DNA of 43,528 nucleotides from a virus. Lineage: Duplodnaviria; Caudoviricetes. Where the stretch lies: the IMG/VR virus record IMGVR_UViG_3300006169_000003, positions 1 to 43,528 of that record; one strand, 5' to 3'. This document shows, piece by piece, positions 1-7,369 of the stretch. Within the stretch, counting starts at the first letter, position 1; each line of letters starts with the position of its first letter. A program made the position numbers and the translations under genes. The notes beneath the pieces were generated by a model. That model was not told the DNA's origin. It saw only the letters and a list, made by a program, of their open reading frames with translations, and made no database searches.

Positions 1-185
1 GTGAACCCGAACCTCCCCAGCGACTTGTCCAGGTTCGCCTCGTCATGCTTTTTCGGATTGCGCACCGCCGGCGAGACCTTGGACAGCGGCATGTGCTCCA
101 GCCTCCGCGCTGCCTGGAGGGCCTGAGCCATGATGTCGACGGGCTGCTGCGCGCTCTCTGCCTCTGCTGCTGATTTCTTGGCCAT
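1..185 (-). CDS. ParB/Srx-like N-terminal domain protein, truncated by the window edge
   Basis: ATG at 185-183 gives MAKKSAAEAESAQQPVDIMAQALQAARRLEHMPLSKVSPAVRNPKKHDEANLDKSLGRFGF; 'RNPKKH...SL.RFGF' resembles ParB-like domains often found upstream of phage terS. Not in the ORF track. Confidence 0.6.
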   Translation of the reverse strand, partial: MAKKSAAEAESAQQPVDIMAQALQAARRLEHMPLSKVSPAVRNPKKHDEANLDKSLGRFGF

Positions 186-218
186 GGCCCGGCATGCTTG
201 CACGCGGCGCTTAAAACA

Positions 219-233
219 GCTAGCCAATGTAAA
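219..233 (-). promoter_or_regulatory. 15-bp motif copy TTTACATTGGCTAGC
   Basis: Lies between divergent genes; exact match to TYYACAWTNGCNNGC. Confidence 0.75.
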
Positions 234-266
234 CGCGCAGCGAAGCGCGAGGAGAGGGAGCAAGCA

Positions 267-791
267 ATGGACGAGCACGACCTGGCCGAATTCGCGGCCA
301 GCATGAAGAAGGCTGCCGCCGCCGGGGAGTTCGACGGGCGGCAAAGCGCCAAGGCCATGACCTACATCCGGCACTGCCGGAGAATCCACCAGCCCACCGG
401 GACCGTGGTCATTTTCACCAGAGACACGGGACACCATTCCAGCGGCTGGTTCAAGAACCCCGACTACGAGCGCTGCCTGCACCTCTCGCTGTCGCCGGCG
501 CCGCAGCTGTTGATTGTGCCCAGCCTCCAGCGCGCGGAACTCAGCCGCAAGACCGCCGCCCTCTGGGTTCGGGCCTTCTTTGGCGACGACATGCGCCACG
601 CCTGGGAGGAATCGCCCAAGACGCCCCAGGGGCGCGAGCGTGGCGTCTGGCATTGGCGGGTCTTCTGCGATGCCGCTTGGCAGCCCATGAGCCCGCGCGG
701 AGAGGTCTACAGCACCGAGCTGACCGAGGCCGGCTGGAAATCGGCCAGCGAGCTGGGGCGCGAAATCGTCAGCCCTCTGGTGCCGGGATGA
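267..791 (+). CDS. hypothetical protein
   Basis: ATG 267 after GGAGAGGGAG; ATGA overlap with the next gene; globular, Trp/His-rich sequence. Confidence 0.75.
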   Translation: MDEHDLAEFAASMKKAAAAGEFDGRQSAKAMTYIRHCRRIHQPTGTVVIFTRDTGHHSSGWFKNPDYERCLHLSLSPAPQLLIVPSLQRAELSRKTAALWVRAFFGDDMRHAWEESPKTPQGRERGVWHWRVFCDAAWQPMSPRGEVYSTELTEAGWKSASELGREIVSPLVPG

Positions 792-967
792 GCGCGCCGC
801 CCAAAGACCACCCCGTCGAGGTCGCCAAGGCCCAGGTCAAAGCCATTGCCGCGCAGCTGGAGTGCAACGTCGACGTGCTTCCCCATGAATTCGAGCACTT
901 CATGCGCTGGCTGGAGGCCTGGGCCAAGCTGGAGCACATCGAGGCAAGCGAGCGCAGCCTCCGGTAG
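788..967 (+). CDS. hypothetical protein (59 aa)
   Basis: ATGA coupling at 788-791; MSAPPKDHPVEVAK... Confidence 0.65.
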   Translation: MSAPPKDHPVEVAKAQVKAIAAQLECNVDVLPHEFEHFMRWLEAWAKLEHIEASERSLR

Positions 968-982
968 GGGAGGGGGCCGCAT

Positions 983-997
983 TTCACATTAGCAGGC
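983..997 (+). promoter_or_regulatory. 15-bp motif copy TTCACATTAGCAGGC
   Basis: Intergenic, just upstream of the RBS of gene 1012; exact match. Confidence 0.75.
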
Positions 998-1011
998 GAA
1001 AGGACCACACC

Positions 1012-1248
1012 ATGAGCGCAGAACCCCAAAAAGAGCAGAAGATTTTCTCCCCACGCGGGCAGCCGGGCTGGACTCAGTGCGACGGCACCCTCAAGAACGG
1101 CACCCAGGTCATGCTGGCCTCCGGCGGCCCCATGATGACGGTCGTTGGCATGGAGAGCGACGCGGTCGCCCTCTGTCGCTGGACGAATGGCTACCGCGAT
1201 ATGACGAGCCGGTTCGCCGTCCCTGCCCTCTGGAGGAAGGACGAATGA
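1012..1248 (+). CDS. YodC/DUF2158-like small protein
   Basis: 'GTQVMLASGGPMMTV...ALCRW...F...AL' matches the YodC pattern 'GDVV.LKSGGP.MTV...C.W'. Confidence 0.7.
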   Translation: MSAEPQKEQKIFSPRGQPGWTQCDGTLKNGTQVMLASGGPMMTVVGMESDAVALCRWTNGYRDMTSRFAVPALWRKDE

Positions 1249-1469
1249 GCGGAGAGGACGAGGCCTCTGCCCTGCGGAAGCTGCTGCACGAGGCCCAGGC
1301 GCAGCTGGAGAGGCGCGTCGAGCTGAATCTCAGCGAGACGTTCACGCTTTGCGATCTCCTGGAGGCAGCCATCCGCGACCAGCCCACTTCCATTGCCAGG
1401 CCGCGCTGGGAGAATTGCCACGCCCTCCTGGACGCCCACCGCCGCAAACTGAAAGGCCCGCCACAATGA
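1245..1469 (+). CDS. hypothetical protein
   Basis: ATGA overlaps at both ends; GGAGGAAGG RBS. Confidence 0.65.
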   Translation: MSGEDEASALRKLLHEAQAQLERRVELNLSETFTLCDLLEAAIRDQPTSIARPRWENCHALLDAHRRKLKGPPQ

Positions 1470-1660
1470 CAATCGAGACCGGAGACCAGCAGCCCAAGCG
1501 CATCCTGGTGAAGAAGTGCAGCAGCTGCGGCGAATCGCACGAGGTCGAAGTGAAGACCATCGCCCCAATCACCTTCGGGCAGATGACCTACACGCGCGGC
1601 TTCGACTGCCCCAACAACCAGGACCTCGTTGTCGTCTGGCAGGAGTTCGACGGTGGCTGA
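1466..1660 (+). CDS. small Zn-ribbon-like protein
   Basis: CSSCGESH...CP; coupled start. Confidence 0.6.
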   Translation: MTIETGDQQPKRILVKKCSSCGESHEVEVKTIAPITFGQMTYTRGFDCPNNQDLVVVWQEFDGG

Positions 1661-1949
1661 GCGCGTCCATGTCGAACCCACGCGGGAGGAGATGGCGCTC
1701 CGCATCCTCTGCGCCCTCGTCCCCTCCGCGCTGGGCAAGCCAGAGGACTGGGCGCGCCTCGCTGACGAATCCGTGCGCCTCGCCGACGCGCTGACCATGG
1801 CGCTGGACACGATTCCCAGGCCGCAGCGCCAAAGGCCACCCATGCCGCCCAGCGAGAAAGCCTACCTCGTCGGAGAGGGGCCGCCGCGCCCTGAACCAAC
1901 CGCGGTGCCTGGCCCAGGCAAGAAGCGGTCCTCCTGGTGGGAGCGCTGA
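1653..1949 (+). CDS. hypothetical protein
   Basis: GTG 1653 after GGAG, overlapping the upstream stop. Confidence 0.55.
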   Translation: MAERVHVEPTREEMALRILCALVPSALGKPEDWARLADESVRLADALTMALDTIPRPQRQRPPMPPSEKAYLVGEGPPRPEPTAVPGPGKKRSSWWER

Positions 1950-2186
1950 ATGCAGAACTTTCCTCTCCAGGATCTCCGGCGGCTGCTGCTGCATTCGCTG
2001 GAGGTCCGCCCGCTGGGCGATGTCGTCGCGAATTCCCGCGACTTCTTCCTCGTCGACGGCCGCTACCTGGTTTGCCATTCCGAGAGCGCGGCAATCCTTG
2101 CGTTGCACGGCGTTCGGTGGCACGACGGGCCTGGGCATTGTCCGACTTTTACAAACGCTTGCCGCTGTGATGTGGAGCCACTATGA
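1950..2186 (+). CDS. hypothetical protein, Cys/His-rich C-terminus
   Basis: TGA-ATG abutment; GGGAG RBS. Confidence 0.55.
   Translation: MQNFPLQDLRRLLLHSLEVRPLGDVVANSRDFFLVDGRYLVCHSESAAILALHGVRWHDGPGHCPTFTNACRCDVEPL
2148..2162 (+). promoter_or_regulatory. 15-bp motif near copy TTTACAAACGCTTGC
   Basis: One mismatch; about 20 nt upstream of start 2183. Confidence 0.6.
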
Positions 2187-2638
2187 AGTGCCAGGTGTGC
2201 GAGCAGGGATTCGAGACCGGCGAAGCTGTTCTCGCGGACAAAGAGACGGGCGGCTACCTGCACTGGCGCTGCGCGCTTGATGCCGGCGGCGGCAGGTCTC
2301 TGCGGCCTACCCGACTGATTGTTCCTGCCGGCGACATCCGGGAGGAGATTGCCGCCCTGCACCGGCGGCTGGAGGACCGAGAGAAGGAGCACGAACTCCT
2401 GGTGAACGATTCCACCGCGACCATCCTGCGACAGGAGAAGCGCATCCTGGAGATGCAGTTAGAGCTCGAGCAGTTGAGGCGGAGCAACGCGCAGCTGCGC
2501 GAGCTGGTCGAGAGGGCTGAGCAGGCGGCGGCTGATGACTTTGAGGCCGCCACGAATTGGAGGCGATACGTCGCCATCCATGGGGAACAGCGGGCCTCCC
2601 TGTACTTGGTCCCGCCGAAGAAGGGAGACGGACATTGA
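2183..2638 (+). CDS. Zn-finger plus coiled-coil protein
   Basis: CxxC...HxxC N-terminus followed by a heptad-like E/L/Q/R region. Confidence 0.7.
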   Translation: MKCQVCEQGFETGEAVLADKETGGYLHWRCALDAGGGRSLRPTRLIVPAGDIREEIAALHRRLEDREKEHELLVNDSTATILRQEKRILEMQLELEQLRRSNAQLRELVERAEQAAADDFEAATNWRRYVAIHGEQRASLYLVPPKKGDGH

Positions 2639-3180
2639 GCAACGAGGTTCGAGTGGTTGTGTCGTTCTCGAAGACCAAGTCGGGAACATGGGGCGCGCTG
2701 GCGTCGCTGCGGCATGGCGCTGCCAGGCGTGAGGCGAAGACGGAGGGGCGGACCATGGTGGCCGCCTTGAACAAGGCGCTGCGTGCGCTGGCGAATGGAG
2801 CGAAGGATGACGGAGGAAAGAAAGAGCGAAAGCCCAAGCGAGGAAAGGCCGCAGCAGAGCGCGGAGGATCCAAGCGCAAGAAAGGTCCAGCCGGAGACCG
2901 ACGAGCACGGAAGGGCGCGGCGGCTGGAGGCAAGCGCAAGAGCCGACTTTCAACGCGCGTACCTCGGGCAGCCAAGGCCCCCAGGCGAGGGAAGCGCGGA
3001 GGGGCTGGACGCGGAGATAAGGCAAAAGCTCCACGAACTCCTCGCCGGAGTGGACCTCGAAGCCGTCGAATGGAAAGAGGTCCACGGGAGGCTGCGCCTG
3101 TCGATAACAGCCAGCCAGCGCCAGCCCCAGCAGTCGTCGACGACGGCCGAACCTACTCCGACGTAGTCGCGGCGGCATGA
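2635..3180 (+). CDS. basic K/R/G/A-rich protein (possibly nucleic-acid binding)
   Basis: TTGA overlap at the 5' end and ATGA overlap at the 3' end; AAGGGAG RBS. Confidence 0.55.
   Translation: MSNEVRVVVSFSKTKSGTWGALASLRHGAARREAKTEGRTMVAALNKALRALANGAKDDGGKKERKPKRGKAAAERGGSKRKKGPAGDRRARKGAAAGGKRKSRLSTRVPRAAKAPRRGKRGGAGRGDKAKAPRTPRRSGPRSRRMERGPREAAPVDNSQPAPAPAVVDDGRTYSDVVAAA
2807..3166 (+). CDS. candidate overprinted gene nested in the +1 frame
   Basis: ATG 2807 after GGAGcgAAGG; protein-like sequence 'LDAEIRQKLHELLAGVDLEAVEWKEVHGRLRLSI'. Confidence 0.4.
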   Translation: MTEERKSESPSEERPQQSAEDPSARKVQPETDEHGRARRLEASARADFQRAYLGQPRPPGEGSAEGLDAEIRQKLHELLAGVDLEAVEWKEVHGRLRLSITASQRQPQQSSTTAEPTPT

Positions 3181-3446
3181 GGCGCCTGGACAAAGCCCGA
3201 GTCCTGGAGATGTGCGTCTCCCTTGCTCGCACCGAGGGCATTCGGAACCCCCTCGACTGTCTCGTCCGCGCGAGAGACATCGTGGGGGATTCTGGAGTCG
3301 ACCACGCCGGCGCACTGAGCGCCGCGCTGCATGCCGCCGGAGGCAGCCTGGTCAAGTGGTGGGGCCTCTCCGGCAATGGGCATACCCTCGACGACACCGT
3401 GGCGCTTTTCGAGGAGGCGCTTTTTTCCGCCCAGCTTGAGGGCTGA
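3177..3446 (+). CDS. hypothetical protein (DUF6197-like C-terminus)
   Basis: 'CL..A...W.....GHTLDDTVALFEEA' resembles a widespread small phage family; assignment from memory. Confidence 0.6.
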   Translation: MRRLDKARVLEMCVSLARTEGIRNPLDCLVRARDIVGDSGVDHAGALSAALHAAGGSLVKWWGLSGNGHTLDDTVALFEEALFSAQLEG

Positions 3447-3478
3447 CGCGGCGCAAAAGGTCAGACCCGCCGGATATA

Positions 3479-3493
3479 GCCGGCGGTTGTGAA
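3479..3493 (-). promoter_or_regulatory. 15-bp motif near copy TTCACAACCGCCGGC
   Basis: One mismatch; overlaps GTG start 3489. Confidence 0.6.
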
Positions 3494-3695
3494 AACGATT
3501 CTGGAAGTGATGGAGGAGCGGGACCGATGCCGGCGAGAACTCGACAGGCCCGACGTCGTAGACCGCTGGGCCAGGGCCTCGCTGCTGGGCGCGCTCGTGA
3601 TGGCGGAGTGGGTCCTGGGCAAGAACGGCCAGGACAACGTTCAGCGCCCGAGCACTCTGACTCGGGCTGCGCCTCCCGACCTCAAGACGACGTGA
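3489..3695 (+). CDS. hypothetical protein
   Basis: ORF track; GTGA coupling to the next small ORF 3692-3790. Confidence 0.55.
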   Translation: MKTILEVMEERDRCRRELDRPDVVDRWARASLLGALVMAEWVLGKNGQDNVQRPSTLTRAAPPDLKTT

Positions 3696-3786
3696 TTGCC
3701 TCCTTCGACCGCCTGGTTCGTCAGATGCACATGCCCGATTGCCCCAGGCGCGGCTGGTGCCAGTGCGTCCTGGGTGTCTTTCCGCC

Positions 3787-4059
3787 ATGACCTGCGAACG
3801 CCTCAAGCTGCCTGACGGCACTGCCGCCATCGTCTGCTCCCGAGACCGCAAGGCCAAGGCGATGCAGTGCGAGTTCTGCGGCCTCTGGACCGCGACCCTG
3901 CTTTGCGACGGGCCGACCAACTGGCGCACGCACCCGCGCCGGAAGAAGACCTGCGACGCGGCCCTCTGCGCCAGCTGCGCCCAGGAGGTGGGGGAGGACC
4001 GCCATCTCTGCCCGCGCTGCCAGAAGAACCAGGCGCCGCAGCAGCTGGGGCTCCTCTAG
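3787..4059 (+). CDS. Cys-rich Zn-finger protein
   Basis: CEFC...LCD...TCDAALCASC...HLCPRC. Confidence 0.7.
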   Translation: MTCERLKLPDGTAAIVCSRDRKAKAMQCEFCGLWTATLLCDGPTNWRTHPRRKKTCDAALCASCAQEVGEDRHLCPRCQKNQAPQQLGLL

Positions 4060-4061
4060 TT

Positions 4062-4076
4062 TTCACATTGGCTAGC
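4062..4076 (+). promoter_or_regulatory. 15-bp motif copy TTCACATTGGCTAGC
   Basis: Intergenic, upstream of start 4093; exact match. Confidence 0.75.
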
Positions 4077-4092
4077 CGCTACTCTCCCCGAC

Positions 4093-4335
4093 ATGGACCC
4101 AAAACCTCCAGAGCAGGACGAGCTTCCGCTGCCTCCCAGCATGCCGCCACCCAAGCGCTGCCAGCACCAGGCCTCGCCGATTCCTTGCCCTTGGCCCAGC
4201 TGTCCCGCCGGCGTGCGCGGGAAGCAGCTGCGCCTGGTCGTGGCGCGCGACGACGGCAGCCGCGTGGCGAGGTTCTTCCGCCGCCGCATGGTCGTCCAGG
4301 GCAGCAAGGTCGTCTTCCAGTGGACGCCGGCGTGA
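4093..4335 (+). CDS. hypothetical protein
   Basis: ORF track; GTGA coupling with 4332. Confidence 0.55.
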   Translation: MDPKPPEQDELPLPPSMPPPKRCQHQASPIPCPWPSCPAGVRGKQLRLVVARDDGSRVARFFRRRMVVQGSKVVFQWTPA

Positions 4336-4592
4336 GACCTCGGGGTGATTGGGCTGGCCTCGCTGCCGGGCTGGGCCTGCTGGCCTGGATTCTCTTCGCG
4401 CCAGACGACTGCCTGCCTCCGACGCCGGCGGAGCTTGCGCGGCAGCGCTGTCCACCGCCGGCCTCCTGGTGCCCAGGGCACGACGGCACCATCCGAGACG
4501 CTGGACTGCCGTTCCTCTCGTTCCCGGAACGTTCCCGGAACGACGCGGGCTGGGACGATTGGGACGGAGGGGACGATGGGTTTGAGGATTGA
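4332..4592 (+). CDS. small membrane-anchored hypothetical protein
   Basis: GTG 4332; hydrophobic 'WAGLAAGLGLLAWILF'; acidic tail. Confidence 0.45.
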   Translation: MRPRGDWAGLAAGLGLLAWILFAPDDCLPPTPAELARQRCPPPASWCPGHDGTIRDAGLPFLSFPERSRNDAGWDDWDGGDDGFED

Positions 4593-4764
4593 GACAGCGG
4601 TCGCGCTGCTGGCGCTGGGTATCGGCATTGCGCTGGGCCTGGGGCTTGGCCGCGCGCTGGAGAGAAACCAGCAGCGGGAGAGCCAGCGGAGGTTCCGGGC
4701 GGCGGCCATCGACGCGGGCTGGCTTCTTGACCGCAATCCCTATTTTCGGGAAAATAGTCAATAA
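4576..4764 (+). CDS. small single-TM protein
   Basis: GGAGGGG RBS; 'AVALLALGIGIALGLGLG'. Confidence 0.55.
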   Translation: MGLRIETAVALLALGIGIALGLGLGRALERNQQRESQRRFRAAAIDAGWLLDRNPYFRENSQ

Positions 4765-4806
4765 TCCCGCTAGTTTACATAATCAGGCTTATCCGACGTT
4801 GAGGCC

Positions 4807-5181
4807 ATGGACACCGACCAGGCCCATGCTGTCCATAGACAAAAAGCGGCCCCCAGGACCTATTTCCCAGGGGCCGCTTCCGCTGTCCTCGCCGGTCTGC
4901 AGTTCCGGGTCGCTGGACATCCACCTCCGGCGCGGTGGCCGGATTGCCTCGGAGAATGCGCCTTGTCCGTCGACCACGCCACCGCCTTCGACTCGCCTGA
5001 ATACGATCGCCACCAAGGCAAGCACTGGTGCCCCTGGCATGAGCGCGAGCTGAAGTTCCTCCGCGTCGAGGACCACCCCGAGATGGGCGTCAACGCCGTC
5101 TGCGAACCCTGCCCGGAATGCGGACCAGGCGAGCAGCTGCACGACCGGGACCCCGACGAGTTCTGCTGGTGCGAAAAATGA
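4807..5181 (+). CDS. Cys/His-rich hypothetical protein
   Basis: GAGG RBS; CPWH...CEPCPEC...CWC; ATGA overlap with 5178. Confidence 0.6.
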   Translation: MDTDQAHAVHRQKAAPRTYFPGAASAVLAGLQFRVAGHPPPARWPDCLGECALSVDHATAFDSPEYDRHQGKHWCPWHERELKFLRVEDHPEMGVNAVCEPCPECGPGEQLHDRDPDEFCWCEK

Positions 5182-5420
5182 CGCTCCTGGCTGCGTTCGT
5201 CGCCGGCGGCCTCTGCGCCATGTTCATCGCCCGCGCCCTGGGCCGCTGGATTCGCCGGCTGTTCTGGTTCGGGGCGACGGCCGTATTTGGCTTATGGGCG
5301 TTTTTCGTCGTCGGACCCGCCTTGGGCATGGGGTCGGGTTCGGAACTGCGAAATTCGGGGTCCTGGGCAGCCTGGCGCGGCCTCCTGGAGGTCGCGCGGT
5401 CCTGGCTTATCGACCCGTGA
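5178..5420 (+). CDS. small membrane protein (2 TM)
   Basis: Two hydrophobic segments. Confidence 0.6.
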   Translation: MTLLAAFVAGGLCAMFIARALGRWIRRLFWFGATAVFGLWAFFVVGPALGMGSGSELRNSGSWAAWRGLLEVARSWLIDP

Positions 5421-5429
5421 GAAACCCCA

Positions 5430-5471
5430 AGGCCCGGCGCCGTCCAGAGGGCCAGAGACGACGCCGGGCCT
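5430..5471. terminator. hairpin between convergent genes
   Basis: AGGCCCGGCG(5430-39)/CGCCGGGCCT(5462-71) plus inner CGTC/GACG; no strong U-tract. Confidence 0.45.
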
Positions 5472-5552
5472 CTTCAGGCCCTGACTGAAGCCGGCGGCAC
5501 CCGGAGGCAAGCTCCACGGTGGCGAATCCGCCGCACCTCGTGCCTGAATGTC

Positions 5553-7088
5553 CTACCCTCCTGCCGCTGCCGCGTCCATTGCCACCAAGCGCGGGACGCG
5601 CCTTTTCCAAACGCCGTCCGTCATGAACACCGCAACCGGCCAGTCTCTGTCCTCGAAGTTCTTCGTCTGTCGATAGGCCTTCGCGGCGGCCATGAGTTCA
5701 GAGGGCGTCACCTCCAGCTGCTGCACCTGTCGCCAGAAATGCTTCAGCGCCTTGCCGCCTGCCCCACCTGTCAGTCCGTTCTTCGCGAACCACGCCAGCG
5801 CCTGCTCGAGTGACCACACCGCGGGCTCCGGCCTGGGCTGCGGCCTGGGCGCCACCGACCAGCGCACCTGCATCTCTGGGTGCAGAGCCTTTAGGGCCTC
5901 CAGGATGGCGAGGTCTTGGTTGCGCTCGGTCACGGCATCCAGCGCCCAGTTGTCGGCGACACCGAGCTCCAGTTCTTTCTCCGAGAGCGAGACGCCCCAG
6001 CACTCGACGGGCAGGAGGCGTTCCTGTCCATGCTGGCGTCGGAACTCCGCAAGCACTTCCCCGAGGAGGTCGGCAGCGAGGTCGCAGTTCCTCACCTCGA
6101 AGCCGCAGCTGTCGACGGGCGGCCCCTCGTAATGATCGCCCTGCCCGTTGGTGGTGGTGGTGGTTCTGTTTGAAAAATGGGTGGCCGCGCTTTTCTTTCT
6201 TCCGACCACCACCACCGGCTTCTTGGGCGAGGGCCGGAGGCTGGGAGGCGGCGCGAAGCAGGCCGCCGTAGAAGAAGATCCTCCTTTCCTCCTGCTCCCC
6301 CTATCCCCTCCCCCTATGCCATGGGGGGATGCCATCCCTCCGCTAAAGTCCTGTTCTGGCTCCTGATTCTCGAAATTCTCGGCAGAGAATGCGGCGGCGG
6401 AGGAGGCCGCAGAAATCGGCGCGGAGGCCGGAACGCCATTTTTCCGGGAGGCAGGGGGGTTGCCATGGGGGGAACCCATGGGGGGATGCCATCCCCCCCT
6501 CTCCCAGGTGGGCAACGGGCCAGCTTTTCGGACCTCGGGAAAGTGGCGCTGGAAGGCCTGCGAGACCCAAGGCGCATCGTTCTTCAGCGTCAGCAGCCGG
6601 TCCCTCATGTCGCGCAGCGCCTGCCAAACGAGGTCGCATTTCGGGAAGCGCGGGTGCCTGATGATGTTCGCCCAGCCGTGGATGTGGTTCTCGTTGTCCG
6701 GCGGCTCGTGCTCGATGCGGCGCGGAATGAAGAGGACCTTGGCGCGATGGTCGTAGACGACGCGGCCAGCGGCGTACAGCTGCTGGAGGCATTCACGCAG
6801 CCCATAGGGGTAGGCCTCCAGCAGCTCGCGCGGATACCAGGCCGCGAATCTGTCGAAGTCGCCCCACTCCGCGCCGGCGGCCAGCGGCCAGCCCAGGTCG
6901 TCGAGGATGGTGCCCTCTCCGATTGGATAGAGGCCCGGAATTGAGAGCGTGTGCTCGTTGGTCAGCAGGTAGTCGAACAAGGTGTTCGTGTTCGGCAGCG
7001 CCTGGGACACTTCGTCGCGGAGAAAGGGGTCGCGCCAGCGGACGGAACTCACGCGGCGGTACTGGCCTTTCGGAGCGGCCTTGCTCAA
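5553..7088 (-). CDS. phage replication initiator / replisome organiser
   Basis: N-terminus 'YRRVSSVRWRD...TLFDYLLTNEHT..IPGLYPI....I.DDLGW' is typical of phage initiators; low-complexity linker with DNA repeats; C-terminal 'KALKHFW...MAAAKAY...VFMTDGVW'. TTG 7088 chosen for its GGAGGT RBS (ORF track starts at 7163). Confidence 0.7.
   Translation of the reverse strand: MSKAAPKGQYRRVSSVRWRDPFLRDEVSQALPNTNTLFDYLLTNEHTLSIPGLYPIGEGTILDDLGWPLAAGAEWGDFDRFAAWYPRELLEAYPYGLRECLQQLYAAGRVVYDHRAKVLFIPRRIEHEPPDNENHIHGWANIIRHPRFPKCDLVWQALRDMRDRLLTLKNDAPWVSQAFQRHFPEVRKAGPLPTWERGGWHPPMGSPHGNPPASRKNGVPASAPISAASSAAAFSAENFENQEPEQDFSGGMASPHGIGGGDRGSRRKGGSSSTAACFAPPPSLRPSPKKPVVVVGRKKSAATHFSNRTTTTTNGQGDHYEGPPVDSCGFEVRNCDLAADLLGEVLAEFRRQHGQERLLPVECWGVSLSEKELELGVADNWALDAVTERNQDLAILEALKALHPEMQVRWSVAPRPQPRPEPAVWSLEQALAWFAKNGLTGGAGGKALKHFWRQVQQLEVTPSELMAAAKAYRQTKNFEDRDWPVAVFMTDGVWKRRVPRLVAMDAAAAGG
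6318..6498. repeat. iteron-like repeats inside the initiator (putative origin)
   Basis: CCATGGGGGGA three times (6319, 6463, 6476); CCATGGGGGGATGCCATCCC twice; perfect palindrome GGGGGGATG-C-CATCCCCCC at 6480-6498. Confidence 0.6.
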
Positions 7089-7294
7089 GGACCCACCTCC
7101 GCGCAGCTGGTGGGCAAACAGACGACATGCAGCAGCCTGCTCCCGGCGCAACCTTGGCGCCAAGAGACGTTCAACGGTTCGTCTTCCATGTACGGCCCCC
7201 TCCTGGCTGCGCCGGATTCGCGACCGGTGCAGCGGCGGAGGATCACCTTAGGCCTGGGTTCCGGTTCATCGCAACATGAACATCCGTTTTCCTT

Positions 7295-7309
7295 TTTACA
7301 TTGGCTAGC
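7295..7309 (+). promoter_or_regulatory. 15-bp motif copy TTTACATTGGCTAGC
   Basis: Divergent rep/recT intergenic region; identical to the copy at 219. Confidence 0.75.
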
Positions 7310-7369
7310 AATCGGCTAGAAGCCTCGCACCCCGCCATTGCGGCGGGCATCTCAACTGGAGAGAGCCGA

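Noticed and set aside
7085-7189. 34-codon minus-strand ORF (MEDEPLNV...) coupled to the rep start
   Set aside because: It has an RBS-like GGAGG and overlaps the rep TTG, but is too short and featureless to call without expression data.
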